A stretch of DNA of 64,000 bases from an uncultured Pelagibacteraceae bacterium. GTDB lineage: Bacteria > Pseudomonadota > Alphaproteobacteria > Pelagibacterales > Pelagibacteraceae. A model generated the notes under the pieces. It worked only from the letters and a program-made list of their open reading frames with translations. It was not told the origin of the DNA and made no database searches. Where the stretch lies: the NCBI GenBank assembly GCA_902583685.1, contig CACHWO010000001.1:4833-68832 (forward strand), in the 5' to 3' direction. Below are positions 27,047 through 37,972 of this stretch, piece by piece. Both the position numbers and the translations under genes were made by a program. Position 1 is the stretch's first letter; each line of letters starts with the position of its first letter.

Positions 27047-27124
27047 GGTCCCATAGCTCAATTGGATTAGAGCGTCTCGCTACGGACGAGAAGGTTGAGG
27101 GTTCAAATCCTTCTGGGACCTCCA
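27047..27124 (+). tRNA. tRNA-Arg (anticodon ACG)
   Basis: Folded by hand. The acceptor is GGTCCCA/TGGGACC, with U8 and a D stem GCTC/GAGC. The anticodon stem is TCTCG/CGAGA and the loop is CTACGGA. The T arm is GAGGG-TTCAAAT-CCTTC and CCA is encoded. Confidence 0.85.
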
Positions 27125-27220
27125 TTAAAAAAGGATTTTATAAGATATATGTCTTTAAAGAATGCAGTTGTAGCTTTTTTTATAATAGTTTTATTTATAA
27201 TAATAATTTTGTCTTATTTA

Positions 27221-27988
27221 TTATAAATAAATTAGGGATATTATAACTAATCCAATAAAAGTCCTGTATACCACAATCAAATTAAAATTAAATTTTTTCA
27301 AATAAACCAATAAATATTTAATCGTTAAATATGAAAATAAAAAAGATAAAAAAATTGTTAAAATTGAGCTTAAAGTAATCAAGGAATTATTCTGAGTAAA
27401 AAGTGCATAAATTCCGAAAAACCCAGTTCCAGCTAATGCAGGAATAGACATAAAGAAAGATATTTTAGCTGCATCTATCCTGTTAAATTTTAATATTCTT
27501 GCAGCAGTCATTACAATTCCCGATCTACTTACCCCTGGAATTAAAGCTAATGATTGAAAAAAACCAATAATAACAACATTTTTTATCGTAAAATTTTTTT
27601 GAATGTTAAGATTAGTCTTGAATCTATCAGCAAAATAAAGGATTAGTCCAAAAACCAAAGTTGACCAACCAATAACTTTATAAAGATCTATATTTGCCAT
27701 TAAATTGTAATAAATAATAAAATATCCGAATAAAAATAAAGGCATTGATCCTAATAAGATTTTAAAAAATAATTTTTGGTTTTTTCCAAAATTTAATATT
27801 TCTTTTTTAAAATAAAAAACGACAGCTAATAAAGAGCCAATGTGAGCGCTTATATTTAGTAGCAACCCTTCTTCCTCTAAACCAAATAAATTAGACAACA
27901 GGTACAAATGGGCTGATGAGCTGATTGGCAGAAACTCAGTTACACCCTGGACAACTGATATAATAATTACATGAAAAATATTTTCCAT
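27221..27988 (-). CDS. uppP: undecaprenyl-diphosphate phosphatase
   Basis: 255 aa polytopic ORF with the N-terminal QGVTEFLPISSSAHL and the PGVSRSG motif. Confidence 0.85.
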   Translation of the reverse strand: MENIFHVIIISVVQGVTEFLPISSSAHLYLLSNLFGLEEEGLLLNISAHIGSLLAVVFYFKKEILNFGKNQKLFFKILLGSMPLFLFGYFIIYYNLMANIDLYKVIGWSTLVFGLILYFADRFKTNLNIQKNFTIKNVVIIGFFQSLALIPGVSRSGIVMTAARILKFNRIDAAKISFFMSIPALAGTGFFGIYALFTQNNSLITLSSILTIFLSFLFSYLTIKYLLVYLKKFNFNLIVVYRTFIGLVIISLIYL

Positions 27989-28158
27989 TTTGACAAATTA
28001 CTTATATTTAATTCAACTATTGAGTTCATCCTAAATTTAGCATAGCTGATATGCATATTAAAAAATCAAGTAAAAACATGATTTTTATCAATAAAGGTAA
28101 GTATATATGACATAAATTTACTTCAAATTTACTAATTTATATCTTATCTATACCAAAT

Positions 28159-29604
28159 ATGTCAGAAAAAATGCTTAAATTTGTAGATTTAGGTAAGCAG
28201 AACCCACCTAAAAGATCTGTTGAAAACAGAAATAAAGATTTCAGAGAAATATATGACGATTTCATCAGTAACAAAGCCAAAGAGCAATCGAGCAGATGTT
28301 CACAGTGCGGAGTACCATTTTGTCAGGTTCATTGTCCTCTTCATAATAATATTCCAGATTGGTTAAAACTTACCGCCGAAGGAAGACTTCAAGAAGCATA
28401 TGAGTTATCCCAAAGCACAAATAATATGCCTGAAGTTTGCGGAAGAATTTGCCCTCAGGATAGATTGTGTGAAGGTAATTGTGTAATAGAACAATCAGGT
28501 CATGGTACTGTAACAATAGGCTCAGTAGAGAAATATATAACAGATACTGCTTGGGAAAAAGGCTGGGTTAAACCGATAAAAGTAAAAAAACAACTTAATC
28601 AATCAATTGGGATCATCGGAGCTGGACCAGCAGGATTAGCTTGTGCAGAAGAATTAAGAAAATCCGGTTATCAAATAACTGTATATGACAGATATGATAG
28701 ACCCGGAGGTCTTTTAATTTATGGGATACCAAATTTTAAATTAGAAAAATTCGTAGTCGAAAGAAGAACCAAACTATTAAAAGAAAGCGGGATAAAGTTC
28801 ATACAAAATTTTGAAGTTGGAAGAGACAGAACTTTATTTGAATTAAAAGAGAAACATGATGCAATTTTAATAGCTACTGGAGTTTATAAAGCTAGGGAAA
28901 TAGATATACCTGGTAAAAACCTTCAAAATATCTTTCCAGCAATGGATTTTTTAACCGCATCAAACAGAAAAGGTCTGGGTGATAAAGTAAAACTATTCGA
29001 TAATGGTATACTTAATGCTGAGGGTAAAAATGTTGTTGTAATAGGTGGAGGAGATACCGCAATGGATTGTGTTAGAACCTCAGTGAGACAAAAAGCTAAA
29101 TCAGTTAAATGTTTATACCGTAGAGACAAAGAAAACATGCCAGGCTCGGCGAGAGAAGTAGGTAATGCAATAGAAGAAGGTGTTGAGTTTATATGGTTAA
29201 CTAGTCCAAAGAGGTTTATCGGTGATGCTCAAGTCAATGCTGTCGAAGTAAACAAAATGAAATTAGGACAGCCTGATGATAGCGGAAGAAGAAAACCAGA
29301 AATTGAAAAAGATTCCGAGTACAAAATTCCTGCAGACTTAGTAATAAAATCTTTAGGATTTGACCCCGAAAATATTCCAAAATTATTTAATGCAGAAGAG
29401 TTAGTTATCTCAAAATGGGGTACAATTAAAATAGATTTAAAGTCAATGCAAACGAACCTAGATGGGGTGTTTGCTGCAGGTGACATAGTTAGAGGCGCAT
29501 CATTAGTTGTTTGGGCAATAAGAGATGGAAGAGATGCAGCGCAACAAATAGAGAAGTATTTACAAAAAAAGATTAACAAAAACAAATCTACAGAAGCAGC
29601 TTAA
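28159..29604 (+). CDS. gltD: glutamate synthase (NADPH) small subunit
   Basis: 481 aa ORF with N-terminal Cys clusters (CSQCGVPFC, CPLHNNIP), FAD/NADPH Rossmann motifs IIGAGPAGL and VIGGGDTAMD, and AAGD. Confidence 0.9.
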   Translation: MSEKMLKFVDLGKQNPPKRSVENRNKDFREIYDDFISNKAKEQSSRCSQCGVPFCQVHCPLHNNIPDWLKLTAEGRLQEAYELSQSTNNMPEVCGRICPQDRLCEGNCVIEQSGHGTVTIGSVEKYITDTAWEKGWVKPIKVKKQLNQSIGIIGAGPAGLACAEELRKSGYQITVYDRYDRPGGLLIYGIPNFKLEKFVVERRTKLLKESGIKFIQNFEVGRDRTLFELKEKHDAILIATGVYKAREIDIPGKNLQNIFPAMDFLTASNRKGLGDKVKLFDNGILNAEGKNVVVIGGGDTAMDCVRTSVRQKAKSVKCLYRRDKENMPGSAREVGNAIEEGVEFIWLTSPKRFIGDAQVNAVEVNKMKLGQPDDSGRRKPEIEKDSEYKIPADLVIKSLGFDPENIPKLFNAEELVISKWGTIKIDLKSMQTNLDGVFAAGDIVRGASLVVWAIRDGRDAAQQIEKYLQKKINKNKSTEAA

Positions 29605-32600
29605 ATGAAAAATTACAAAAAAAATAAATTACTTTTAGAGCGAACTTATAATTACACTCCTGAAATGGAGCACGATGCTTGTGGTGTTGGACTTGTAACT
29701 TCGTTAGATGGAAAAAAAAGAAGAGATGTTGTTGAATACGGAATAGAATCATTAAAGGCAGTTTGGCACCGTGGTGCAGTAGATGCTGATGGAAAATCAG
29801 GAGATGGAGCTGGTATATGCATTGAAATACCTAGAGATTTTTTTATAGAAAAAATAAAAGATACAGGTCACGAACATAAAGGAGACGAAGAAATTTGTGT
29901 AGGAATGATTTTTCTTCCAAGGACTGAGTATTCCGATCAAGAAAAATCAAAAACCATTGTAGAACAAGTTTTACTTGAAAATAATTTTTATATTTACGGC
30001 TGGAGACAAGTCCCGGTTAACGCGTCAATTTTAGGAAGAACTGCAGACTCTAATAGGCCTGAAATTACACAGGTAATTTTTAGAAGTAATAAAAAAATAG
30101 AGAGAAATGACCTAGAACGTGCTTTATTTATTGCAAGAAAAAAAATATTAAAAATCACACGTAAACAACAAATCAATGACTTCTATATATGTTCTTTAAG
30201 CTCGAGATCTATAATTTATAAAGGAATGTTTTTAGCCGAAGCTCTGTCTGATTTTTATCCAGATTTAAATGACCATAGATTTATATCAAGATTTGCTATA
30301 TTCCATCAAAGATTTTCAACAAATACTTTTCCAAGCTGGAAATTAGCCCAACCCTTTAGATGTTTAGCACATAATGGAGAAATAAATACTTTAAAAGGAA
30401 ACATTAATTGGATGAAAATTCATGAACAAGATATGTCCAGTGACTTATTTGATAATGTTGAAGATTTGAAACCAGTTATTACCCCAGGAAATTCAGACTC
30501 GGCCGCCTTAGACAATGTTTTTGAGCTGCTAATTCATTCAGGAAAACCAGTCCCATTAATTAAATTAATGATGATGCCTGACGCCTGGTCAAAAAGAAAC
30601 AAAATATTACCTAAGGCCCATCAACAACTTTTTGATGTTTTAAACAGCACTATAGAACCATGGGACGGACCAGCAGCTATTTGCGCAACAGATAGTAAAT
30701 GGGCTATTGCAGCTACTGACAGAAATGGCTTGAGACCTTTGAGATACTCTGTAACTTCTGACAAAATTCTTTGTGCCGGTTCAGAGACTGGCATGGTTAA
30801 AATTCCAGAAAATAAAATTATTTCTAAAGGTAGACTTGGTCCTGGACAATTAATTGCTGTAAATTTAAAAAATGGTAAAATTTTTAAAGATAAAGAAATT
30901 AAAGATTATCTTTCAAAAGATTACAAAAAATTTCATAAACAAATAATTCACTTTGATAAAAAACTTACGTCAGATAAAGAGATTGTAAATTTTTCAAAAG
31001 AGGATTTACGAAGAAGGCAATATCTGTCAGGCTATAGTATAGAGGATCTAGAATTAATACTTCATCCGATGGTTGAAGATGCAAAAGAGGCAACAGGATC
31101 AATGGGTGATGATACACCAGTCGCTGTATTATCAAATCATTACAGACCTATCTCACATTACTTTAGGCAAAATTTTAGCCAAGTTACAAATCCTCCTATC
31201 GACTCTTTAAGAGAAAATAAAGTTATGAGCTTGAAGACAAGATTTGGAAATCTTGGCAATATTTTGCACTTCGAAAATCTTACAAAAGAAAATATTTATG
31301 TTTTAGACAGCCCTATATTAACGAATACTCAAATTAAAAAATTTAAAAACATGTTTTCAAAAAATGTAAAAGTTATAGATTGTACATTTAATTTAAAAGA
31401 TAATCTAAGATATAGAATTGATAAAATAAAAGAAGAAGCTGAAGTAGCTGTTCGTGGAGGTGCTAATCATTTAATTCTCTCAGATCAAAATATTTCTGAA
31501 GAAAGAGCAATTGTTCCTATGATTTTAGCTGTTGGAGCTGTTCACTCACATTTGGTCAAACAAAGTTTAAGGGGTTATGCTTCGATAAACGTACAAACCG
31601 CTGAAGCCATGGATACCCATTCTTTTGCAGTTTTAATTGGTGTTGGTGCTACAACAATTAATCCTTATCTTTCAATAGATAGTATACACCAAAGATTTGA
31701 AAAAAAACTTTTTGGTAATTTAGATTTTGAAAGTTGTGTTGAACGTTTTAAAAAATCTATTAATGCAGGACTATTAAAAATAATGTCAAAAATGGGAATC
31801 TCAGTTTTAAGTTCTTATAGGGGAGGCTGTAATTTTGAAGCAGTAGGTTTAAGCAGAGGTTTAGTAGCAGATTATTTTCCAGGTATGATATCAAGAATTT
31901 CTGGGATTGGAATTTCTGGAATAGAAAAAAAAATTCGTGAACTTCACATAAAAGCTTTTCAAAAAAATGTGATTATGTTGCCTATAGGTGGTTTGTACAA
32001 GTATAGAAAATCCGGAGAGAGTCATCAGTTTAAAGGAAACTTAATACATCTTTTACAACATTCTGTTGGTAAAAATTCGTATGAAATTTTTAAAAAGTAT
32101 TCAGAGGGAATAAACAATTCACAACCAACAAACTTAAGAGATCTTCTTGAATTCAGAAAAACTAATAAACCAATCGATTTAAAAGATGTAGAGCCAATTG
32201 AAAAAATTACACCAAGATTCGGAAGCGGAAGTATGTCACACGGTGCTTTGTCCTCAGAAGCACACGAAACTTTAGCAATTGGTATGAATAGAATCAAAGG
32301 TTCATCTTGCAGCGGTGAGGGCGGTGAAGATGAAAAAAGATTTAAAATTCTCGAAAATGGTGACTCCTCAAATTCAAAAGTTAAACAAGTTGCTTCTGCA
32401 AGATTTGGAGTGACAATAAAATATCTAAACAATTGTAAAGAAATTGAAATTAAGATTGCTCAAGGTGCAAAACCAGGAGAGGGAGGTCAGCTTCCAGGTT
32501 TTAAAGTTACAAAAGAAATTGCTGAATTAAGACATTCTACACCTGGTGTTACGTTAATTTCACCTCCACCTCACCATGATATTTATTCGATAGAGGATTT

Positions 32601-34104
32601 AGCTCAGTTAATTTACGATTTAAAACAGGTCAACCCAAAAGCCAGAATTGGAGTGAAGCTTGTAGCGTCTACTGGTATAGGTACAATCGCTGCAGGTGTT
32701 GCAAAAGCTAAGGCAGATCTTATTTTGATTTCAGGACACTCAGGGGGCACTGGAGCAAGCCCACAAACAAGCGTCAAGTATGCAGGCATACCGTGGGAGA
32801 TGGGATTAACAGAGGCAAATCAAATTTTAACTTTAAACCAACTTAGACACCAAGTAACTCTAAGAACTGACGGAGGTATTAAAACAGGAAAAGATGTTGT
32901 CATGGCAGCCATGATGGGTGCAGAAGAATTTGGTATGGGCACCTCATCTTTAATAGCAATGGGGTGTATTATGGTAAGACAGTGTCATTCTAATACTTGT
33001 CCAGTTGGGGTTTGTACTCAGGACGAAAAACTAAGAGAAAAATTTTCTGGTACACCAGAAAAGGTAGCAAATTTTTTCACTTTTGTGGCAATGGAAGTAA
33101 GAGAAATTTTAGCTTCCTTGGGATTTAGATCTTTAGAGGAAATTATTGGAAGAACTGATTTGCTTCACCAAGTGAGTAGAGGATCACCAAATCTTGACGA
33201 TTTAGATTTAAACCCATTACTAGTTCAAACAGATCCAGGTAGTAACAAACGTTTTTCAAAAAATGATCATATAAACAAAGTTCCAGACAATAGTATAGAT
33301 GAAACAGTATGGAACAAAATAAAAAATAATTTAGACAAAAATAAAAATTTTTCTGAAAATTTAAATATCAAAAATACAGATCGGACTGTAGGAACAAAAC
33401 TATCACATTATATTTTCGAAAAATTTGGAGACAATCTTCCTTCAAACATTATAAATTTAAATTTAAAGGGATCCGCTGGTCAATCATTGGGAGCGTTTTT
33501 ATCTAAAAGTATAAAAATCAACTTGTATGGTGATGCTAATGATTATGTAGCGAAAGGCTTATCAGGAGGTACTATCGTTGTAAAACCTTCGGAACAAAAT
33601 AATTTTAAAACTAATGAAAATACTATTATTGGTAATACAGTGTTATATGGAGCCACTTCAGGAAAATTATTTGCTGCTGGAAAAGCAGGAGAAAGATTTG
33701 CAGTCAGAAACTCAGGAGGAATATCAGTTGTAGAGGGATGTGATGCAAACGGATGCGAATACATGACAGGTGGTGAAATTGTAATATTGGGCAATGTGGG
33801 AGATAATTTTGGTGCGGGGATGACAGGAGGGATGGCTTTTATCTATGATCCAGAAAATAATTTTGAAAATTATGTAAACCCTACTTCTATTGTTTGGCAA
33901 AAACTAGAAACAAACTTTTGGAAAGATAGATTAAAAAATTTGTTGGAGGAATATACTTTAGAAACAGACTCTGAAATATCAAAAAGTATTCTAGATAATT
34001 TCTCTAATGAAATTAAAAATTTCAAACAAGTTTGTCCAATAGAAATGTTAGATAAGCTAGAGCATCCAATAAGTTTAAAAAAAGGAGTTTCTAAAGCTAT
34101 CTAA
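29605..34104 (+). CDS. gltB: glutamate synthase large subunit
   Basis: 1499 aa ORF. It has an Ntn amidotransferase domain starting at the CGVG Cys after a short propeptide, an FMN/3Fe-4S domain and a C-terminal GXGXG beta-helix domain. Its start directly abuts the gltD stop. Confidence 0.95.
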   Translation: MKNYKKNKLLLERTYNYTPEMEHDACGVGLVTSLDGKKRRDVVEYGIESLKAVWHRGAVDADGKSGDGAGICIEIPRDFFIEKIKDTGHEHKGDEEICVGMIFLPRTEYSDQEKSKTIVEQVLLENNFYIYGWRQVPVNASILGRTADSNRPEITQVIFRSNKKIERNDLERALFIARKKILKITRKQQINDFYICSLSSRSIIYKGMFLAEALSDFYPDLNDHRFISRFAIFHQRFSTNTFPSWKLAQPFRCLAHNGEINTLKGNINWMKIHEQDMSSDLFDNVEDLKPVITPGNSDSAALDNVFELLIHSGKPVPLIKLMMMPDAWSKRNKILPKAHQQLFDVLNSTIEPWDGPAAICATDSKWAIAATDRNGLRPLRYSVTSDKILCAGSETGMVKIPENKIISKGRLGPGQLIAVNLKNGKIFKDKEIKDYLSKDYKKFHKQIIHFDKKLTSDKEIVNFSKEDLRRRQYLSGYSIEDLELILHPMVEDAKEATGSMGDDTPVAVLSNHYRPISHYFRQNFSQVTNPPIDSLRENKVMSLKTRFGNLGNILHFENLTKENIYVLDSPILTNTQIKKFKNMFSKNVKVIDCTFNLKDNLRYRIDKIKEEAEVAVRGGANHLILSDQNISEERAIVPMILAVGAVHSHLVKQSLRGYASINVQTAEAMDTHSFAVLIGVGATTINPYLSIDSIHQRFEKKLFGNLDFESCVERFKKSINAGLLKIMSKMGISVLSSYRGGCNFEAVGLSRGLVADYFPGMISRISGIGISGIEKKIRELHIKAFQKNVIMLPIGGLYKYRKSGESHQFKGNLIHLLQHSVGKNSYEIFKKYSEGINNSQPTNLRDLLEFRKTNKPIDLKDVEPIEKITPRFGSGSMSHGALSSEAHETLAIGMNRIKGSSCSGEGGEDEKRFKILENGDSSNSKVKQVASARFGVTIKYLNNCKEIEIKIAQGAKPGEGGQLPGFKVTKEIAELRHSTPGVTLISPPPHHDIYSIEDLAQLIYDLKQVNPKARIGVKLVASTGIGTIAAGVAKAKADLILISGHSGGTGASPQTSVKYAGIPWEMGLTEANQILTLNQLRHQVTLRTDGGIKTGKDVVMAAMMGAEEFGMGTSSLIAMGCIMVRQCHSNTCPVGVCTQDEKLREKFSGTPEKVANFFTFVAMEVREILASLGFRSLEEIIGRTDLLHQVSRGSPNLDDLDLNPLLVQTDPGSNKRFSKNDHINKVPDNSIDETVWNKIKNNLDKNKNFSENLNIKNTDRTVGTKLSHYIFEKFGDNLPSNIINLNLKGSAGQSLGAFLSKSIKINLYGDANDYVAKGLSGGTIVVKPSEQNNFKTNENTIIGNTVLYGATSGKLFAAGKAGERFAVRNSGGISVVEGCDANGCEYMTGGEIVILGNVGDNFGAGMTGGMAFIYDPENNFENYVNPTSIVWQKLETNFWKDRLKNLLEEYTLETDSEISKSILDNFSNEIKNFKQVCPIEMLDKLEHPISLKKGVSKAI

Positions 34105-34851
34105 TTCTCTAAGAATTTTATTTAAATTTTTTTTTTGTGACAAGCTGTGATCACCATTTTTAATAATAACCATTCTTTTCTTTGCTTTTGTGAACAAAAA
34201 TAAAATTTTTTTTGAAAATGAAACTGGAACTACTTCATCCTTTTGACCATGAAACATAGTCACATTTATTTTAAGATTTATTTTTTTTGATAAGACTTTA
34301 TTTTTCCTGCCATCTTTTATTAATTGATAAGTTACAGGATATTCATATTGTTTTTGTTTTAATTTTGAATCTCCATGCTTAATTATACTTATTCCTTTCT
34401 CTTTTATTTCTTTCTTTATTTTTTTAGAAAATTTATTCCACATTAGCCTTTCAAGAAATTCTGGCGCAGATCCAATTCCAATAAAGCCTTTAATTTGTTT
34501 ATGGAAAAATTTAAATTGTTTTAAAGAAATCCAAGCTCCCATACTTGAACCAATTAAAATAAAATTATTTTTTTTAACAATCTTTTTTATTATTTTTTTT
34601 GTATCACTAGACCATTCACTTATGTTTCCTTTGGTAAATTCCCCCGATGATCTGCCATGACCAGAATATTCTAAGGCAAGAAAACCTAACTTTTTTCTAA
34701 CCGCATATTTTTTAAACGCAGTGGGTTTTTCGCCATCAATATCTGACATAAAACCTGGTAAGAAAACTATGTACAGTTTTTTTTTGTAATAATTGTCTAT
34801 ATATCTAAGTTTTTTGGTCTTTGAGATTTTAAGATATTTGAATTTTTTCAT
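34075..34851 (-). CDS. alpha/beta hydrolase (unknown substrate)
   Basis: 258 aa ORF with the GSSMG nucleophile elbow and KDEVVP and GDHSL triad candidates. Its 3' end overlaps the 3' end of gltB by 30 nt. Confidence 0.6.
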   Translation of the reverse strand: MKKFKYLKISKTKKLRYIDNYYKKKLYIVFLPGFMSDIDGEKPTAFKKYAVRKKLGFLALEYSGHGRSSGEFTKGNISEWSSDTKKIIKKIVKKNNFILIGSSMGAWISLKQFKFFHKQIKGFIGIGSAPEFLERLMWNKFSKKIKKEIKEKGISIIKHGDSKLKQKQYEYPVTYQLIKDGRKNKVLSKKINLKINVTMFHGQKDEVVPVSFSKKILFLFTKAKKRMVIIKNGDHSLSQKKNLNKILRELDSFRNSFF

Positions 34852-34894
34852 ATAAAGTTTATCAAACTAATCTGTTATTATATATCTTTATCAT

Positions 34895-36052
34895 ATGTCG
34901 TCTAAAATTAAAGTTTTACAAGTAATACCAAAATTAGGTTATGGCGGTGCAGAGACAGGCTGCTATGATTTAGCCCATTTCTTATTTGAAAAGGACTCCA
35001 AGTCGTATATCGTTACAAGCGGTGGACCACTTTTAAAATTTATTAAAAAGGATAAAGTTAAGGTAATAAGATTACCTGTACATTCAAAAAATCCTATTTT
35101 AATTTTAATAAATACCATTTTATTGACACTTTTAATATTTTTTTTAAAAATTAATATTGTTCATGCGAGAAGTAGAGCACCTGCGTGGTCATGCTTATTT
35201 TCTTGTTTTCTTACAAGAACTAAATTTGTAACAACTTTTCATGGAACTTACAATTATAGCAATATATTTAAAAAGTTTTATAATTCTGTAATGGTAAGAT
35301 CAGACCTAGTTATAGCAGGATCGAATTTTATTTTTGATCACATAAATAAAAATTATAATGACTTTTTAAAAAAAAACAGAAGGGTCCTTGTTATTTTTAG
35401 AGGAATAAACACTGAATATTTCAGTAATTCTTCCATAACTAATGAAAAAATTACTAAATTATTTACAGAATTAAATTTAAACACAGAAACTTTTAAAATT
35501 CTTTTGCCTGGAAGACTTACAAAATGGAAAGGCCAGGAAATGTTTTTGGAGTCATTAAATTTACTAAAAAACAAATATTTAAAAAAAAATTTTCATTGTA
35601 TTATTGTTGGTAGTCATCAAGGTAGGAAAGTTTACTTTAAAAAGTTAATTTCTCTTGTTGAAAAATACCAGTTAAAAAATAATGTTACTTTTTTATCCAA
35701 TTTTAATGAAATGCCAGTAATTTATTATATATCAGATGTAATTGTATCCTCCTCTATTCAACCAGAAGCCTTTGGAAGAGTTTCGGTTGAAGCACAATCT
35801 ATGCAAAAGCCAATCATAGCTAGTGATTTTGGTGGGTCCAGAGAGACTATTATTGATGGTAAGACAGGGTTTTTGTTTAAAAATGGTAATCCCAACTCAT
35901 TATCTGAGTATTTAAAAAATGTTATTGAGATGGATAAAGACAAGTTGCAATCGATAGGAAATGAAGGTAGGAAAAACGTATTAAATAGGTTTGACGTAGA
36001 AAAAATGTGCCAAAGTACTTTTGCAGAATATAAAAAATTGTTAAAAATTTAA
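34895..36052 (+). CDS. glycosyltransferase family 4 (GT-B fold)
   Basis: 385 aa ORF with N-terminal GGAETG and a C-terminal E..FGRVSVEAQSMQKPIIASDFGGSRE (EX7E-type) motif. Confidence 0.7.
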   Translation: MSSKIKVLQVIPKLGYGGAETGCYDLAHFLFEKDSKSYIVTSGGPLLKFIKKDKVKVIRLPVHSKNPILILINTILLTLLIFFLKINIVHARSRAPAWSCLFSCFLTRTKFVTTFHGTYNYSNIFKKFYNSVMVRSDLVIAGSNFIFDHINKNYNDFLKKNRRVLVIFRGINTEYFSNSSITNEKITKLFTELNLNTETFKILLPGRLTKWKGQEMFLESLNLLKNKYLKKNFHCIIVGSHQGRKVYFKKLISLVEKYQLKNNVTFLSNFNEMPVIYYISDVIVSSSIQPEAFGRVSVEAQSMQKPIIASDFGGSRETIIDGKTGFLFKNGNPNSLSEYLKNVIEMDKDKLQSIGNEGRKNVLNRFDVEKMCQSTFAEYKKLLKI

Positions 36053-37969
36053 ATGCCACAAATACAACTACTAGATGGAAAAAAAATTTCTTTTACAAAA
36101 TCTATTAATGGTTTCGATATAACAAAAAAAATTAGTAAATCTCTTGAAAAATCCGCTTTGATAATGGAAGTAAATGGTCAACTAAAAGATTTAAGTTTTG
36201 AGATCAAAAGCGACTCTGAAGTAAAAATTATTACTAATAAAGACAAAGTAGGCTTAGAGGTTATAAGACATGATGCTGCACATATAATGGCGATGTCTGT
36301 TCAAGAGTTATTTCCAGGCACACAGGTTACCATTGGTCCAGTAATTGAAAATGGTTTTTATTATGATTTTGCAAGAAAAGAACCATTCACAAATGATGAT
36401 TTAAAAAAAATTGAAAAAAAAATGGAAGAAATAATAGATAGAGACGTAAAAACGAGAAGAGAAGTTTGGGAAAGAAGTAAAGCAATAGACCATTTCAAAA
36501 ACATAGGCGAGAACTATAAAGCTGAAATTATTGAGAGTATCCCAACCAATGAGGAATTATCCATCTATCATCATGGAGAAACTTGGCATGATTTGTGCAG
36601 GGGTCCACATCTGGTATCATCCGGAAAAATTGGAAAAGCATTTAAATTGACAAAAGTCTCAGGTGCATATTGGAGAGGAGACTCGAAAAATGAAATGCTA
36701 CAAAGAATTTATGGAACATGCTGGAGTTCAAAAAAAGAATTAGATGATTACTTAAATAGATTAGCCGAAGCTGAAAAAAGAGATCACAGAAAGTTGGGTA
36801 AAGAAATGAATCTATATCATTTTAGAGAAGAAAGCCCAGGATCAGTTTTCTGGCATGAAAAAGGATGGAATTTGTTTCAAAAGCTTATCGAGTATATGCG
36901 ATTAAAGCAAAGAAATGCTGGATACAGAGAAATCAACACTCCTGAATTGTTAGATAAGAATCTTTGGGAAAAATCAGGGCATTGGGAAAAATTTGGTGAA
37001 ATGATGTTCACATCCGAAACCCCCGACGAAAAAATATTTGCTGTTAAACCGATGAATTGCCCAGGATGTGTCCAAGTATTTAATCAAGGTCTCAAAAGTT
37101 ATAGAGATTTACCCTTAAAGCTCTCTGAATTTGGAAAAGTACATCGTTATGAACCCTCGGGCGCTTTACATGGTCTTTTAAGAGTTAGAGCTTTTACACA
37201 AGATGATGCACATATTTTTTGTACCGAAGACCAGATTACAGAAGAATGTATTGAAGTTACAAAATTAATTTTAGAAATTTATAAAGATTTAGGTTTCAAA
37301 AAAGTATTTTTAAAATATTCAGATAGACCCAAGAAAAGAGTTGGAGATGACTCTGTTTGGGATAAATCAGAAAAAGCATTACTAGCAACAATAAAAAAAA
37401 CAAAATTAGAATTTGAAATAAATAAGGGAGAAGGTGCTTTTTATGGACCAAAAATTGAGTTTGTCCTCCGAGATGCTATTGGTAGGGACTGGCAGTGTGG
37501 GACACTTCAAGTAGATTTAAATTTGCCTGGTAGGTTAGGCGCAACCTATATTGACAAAGATGGACAAAAAAAAACTCCTGTCATGCTTCATAGAGCTTTA
37601 TTTGGATCATTAGAGAGATTTATCGGAATAATTATAGAAAACTATGCAGGTAAGTTGCCATTTTGGCTAAGTCCAACACAACTAGTTGTGTTGCCCATAT
37701 CAGAAGAACACAATAAATATGCAAAAAAAATATTTGAAGAGGCATTTAAAGAGGGTATAAATTGTGAAGTGGATTTAAGAAATCAAAAAATAAATTACAA
37801 AATAAGAGAACATTCTCTTGCAAAAGTACCTATGCTCTTTATCTGTGGCGACAAAGAGATAAAAGAGAAAAAAGTTACAATAAGAAAATTAGGATCCGAG
37901 AAGCAAGAAAAAATTAGTTATAAAAAAGCTGTAGATAAAATCAAATCTTTAAACAAAATACCCATTTAA
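36053..37969 (+). CDS. thrS: threonyl-tRNA synthetase
   Basis: 638 aa ORF with TGS, editing, class II catalytic and anticodon-binding domains. Motifs include RDHRKLG and HRALFGSLERF. Confidence 0.95.
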   Translation: MPQIQLLDGKKISFTKSINGFDITKKISKSLEKSALIMEVNGQLKDLSFEIKSDSEVKIITNKDKVGLEVIRHDAAHIMAMSVQELFPGTQVTIGPVIENGFYYDFARKEPFTNDDLKKIEKKMEEIIDRDVKTRREVWERSKAIDHFKNIGENYKAEIIESIPTNEELSIYHHGETWHDLCRGPHLVSSGKIGKAFKLTKVSGAYWRGDSKNEMLQRIYGTCWSSKKELDDYLNRLAEAEKRDHRKLGKEMNLYHFREESPGSVFWHEKGWNLFQKLIEYMRLKQRNAGYREINTPELLDKNLWEKSGHWEKFGEMMFTSETPDEKIFAVKPMNCPGCVQVFNQGLKSYRDLPLKLSEFGKVHRYEPSGALHGLLRVRAFTQDDAHIFCTEDQITEECIEVTKLILEIYKDLGFKKVFLKYSDRPKKRVGDDSVWDKSEKALLATIKKTKLEFEINKGEGAFYGPKIEFVLRDAIGRDWQCGTLQVDLNLPGRLGATYIDKDGQKKTPVMLHRALFGSLERFIGIIIENYAGKLPFWLSPTQLVVLPISEEHNKYAKKIFEEAFKEGINCEVDLRNQKINYKIREHSLAKVPMLFICGDKEIKEKKVTIRKLGSEKQEKISYKKAVDKIKSLNKIPI

Positions 37970-37972
37970 TAA

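Noticed and set aside
27149-27226. 25-codon hydrophobic mini-ORF (MSLKNAVVAFFIIVLFIIIILSYLL) after tRNA-Arg
   Set aside because: It is made almost entirely of TTT/ATT/ATA codons, as expected by chance in AT-rich spacer. It has no SD and overlaps the uppP 3' end.
28049-28058. Perfect 10-bp palindrome ATATGCATAT upstream of gltD as a regulator site
   Set aside because: It is short and purely AT-rich apart from the central GC. Such palindromes are expected by chance at this base composition, and there is no second copy.
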